Under the pieces are notes generated by a model, which did not search any database, was not told the origin of the DNA, and worked only from the letters and a program-made list of their open reading frames with translations. A DNA stretch of 64,000 nt from NCBI GenBank assembly GCA_963662465.1, contig OY759599.1:7040001-7104000 (forward strand), read 5' to 3'. Position 1 is the first letter of the stretch. Each line of letters opens with the position of its first letter. The stretch comes from Desulfatiglandales bacterium. Its GTDB lineage: Bacteria > Desulfobacterota > DSM-4660 > Desulfatiglandales > Desulfatiglandaceae. Below, in pieces: positions 62,562-64,000 of this stretch. The translations under genes and the position numbers were made by a program.

Positions 62562-64000
62562 GAGAGGTTTGCGCTGTACCGTTTTTGTGCCGTACCGGGG
62601 GTGTTCTGGGCCCCAAAAAAACGCGGGCGCGAGGTCTGAGAGGGCGACATGGCAGCAGAATATTATGGTTTCCAAAGACATACCCCAAAAACCCGATAAT
62701 TGGACATGCTAATCCCTTTAAATTTAAATTAAATCATTTATTTATAACTATTTTAAATAAATTGGATTAGGCGGCTCTGGCTATTGGCCGTACAAGGGAG
62801 CGCATTTGCTCAATACGGCCAGCCCTTACATGACCAAGGGCCATTGCCATCATTACGGCGGTGGCCAAGCAAACTCTTGTTTGCATTTTGGCTTGGCCGC
62901 GTATGTAATGTTTCTCAAAACCAAAATCATTATCGATCCGACTGTTGATTCTCTCCAAAGAAGAACGCCGATTATACGCTCGGTCCCAACCCTGCGTACC
63001 ATAGGGAATGGGTGTGAAGATTCGCCGATCTTCCTCAGTGATATTTATTCTGACAATTCGCCCATAATCTCCGGGATTAACTTGCCCCGCAGATGAACAC
63101 TCTCCACATCCTTCACAGGAAAAGCCGTTTGCAGCTGCGGGACAACGATATTTCAGGGTATTGCGATTTTTTTCAAAGCCACAAAAAGCCATGTCCCGCT
63201 GTTCTCCAGTAGCCGGACAAATACAATGGACTGTCCCTTTCTCAGTATACACAATGGTATCTGCCCGGTCAGGATAAAGAGGTCGTGTGATCGGTTTTGC
63301 AGGATCGTATCCCGGCTCATTCTTTTCATCTCTCCACAGTTCACGGGTATCAATGCCGGGCCGAATCCCATATTCATCCAACAGCTGAGCCTTAGTTTTG
63401 CCGGAATCCAAACCACGGTCCGCCACAAAATCATCACAGCGCTCGCCAAGCTGCGGTGTTTCCTCAAAAATTTCTTTGATCATGCTTCGCAGTTCCTTGT
63501 GTTCCGAATGCGAGGCAGGTGTTACATGAACTGCCACCGGAATTTCATATAGGGTATCAGCGATCAAATGAAGGCCATATCCAAACCAGCTTTTTACTTT
63601 TGTCCACTGCTTTCCGGTTTTACTGTCTGTCCCTTTCGTTTCATGCTTGCCCCAATCTGCATCCGTATCGGAGGTTTCACCGGTTTTCCGGCTTTCTTGT
63701 CCCGTACTATAACTGTTGATAGCCTTGCCGTCATACCCTAAATGACAACCAAAATCAGGGAGTTCTGTCATTAAGGATTCTCGAAGCCCACGCACCATGC
63801 CGCTGACCATATTACCATATTCTTCCAGTTCTATGACGCTCCTTAAAAATCTTGAGAAATTCCAACTACCTGGAACCAAAAAATATGCATTTCCGCTCTC
63901 AGACCGTATGATTTCCATTCGGCCCGTTTCCTCATTGCGTCTCAGTTCAGCTACCGGTTTTTTTTGCCTCGGCAGAATATCAAATCCGCATGCCTCTAAT
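62562..64000 (-). mobile_element. second copy of the IS1182-like element (cut by window end)
   Basis: Near-identical to 35730 onward; IR GAGAGGTTTGCGCTGT. Confidence 0.93.

Overview
A decaying surface-polysaccharide locus, probably from a Desulfobacterota/deltaproteobacterial genome (inferred from gene content). It holds an EPS-associated MarR regulator, a WbpB/WbpD-like fusion, a nucleotide-sugar dehydrogenase, an epimerase, a DegT aminotransferase and an amidotransferase fragment, and acts as a sink for mobile DNA. (1) A 17.3-kb RIT-type tyrosine-recombinase element (4074-21330) contains a second RIT and an IS4, which carry further nested ISs. All IS ends and target duplications inside the window can be read, except for the IS cut by the window end. 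(2) About 12 toxin-antitoxin or defence modules are present, including a CmdTAC-like ART/antitoxin/SecB triad and a small-protein plus IrrE-like peptidase pair. (3) A repeat system organises the locus. It comprises 7-9-nt-period tandem repeats linked to GxxExxY genes (one sits inside 26-bp inverted repeats that replace the middle of a host gene), ~14 oriented (A/G)CGTCCCC ends resembling HUH/Y1-transposase termini, tiny hairpin inserts, and six extra divergent copies of the dehydrogenase 3' end that separate different cargo cassettes. No rRNA, tRNA or CRISPR-cas was found. Family names come from motif recognition only, with no database search.
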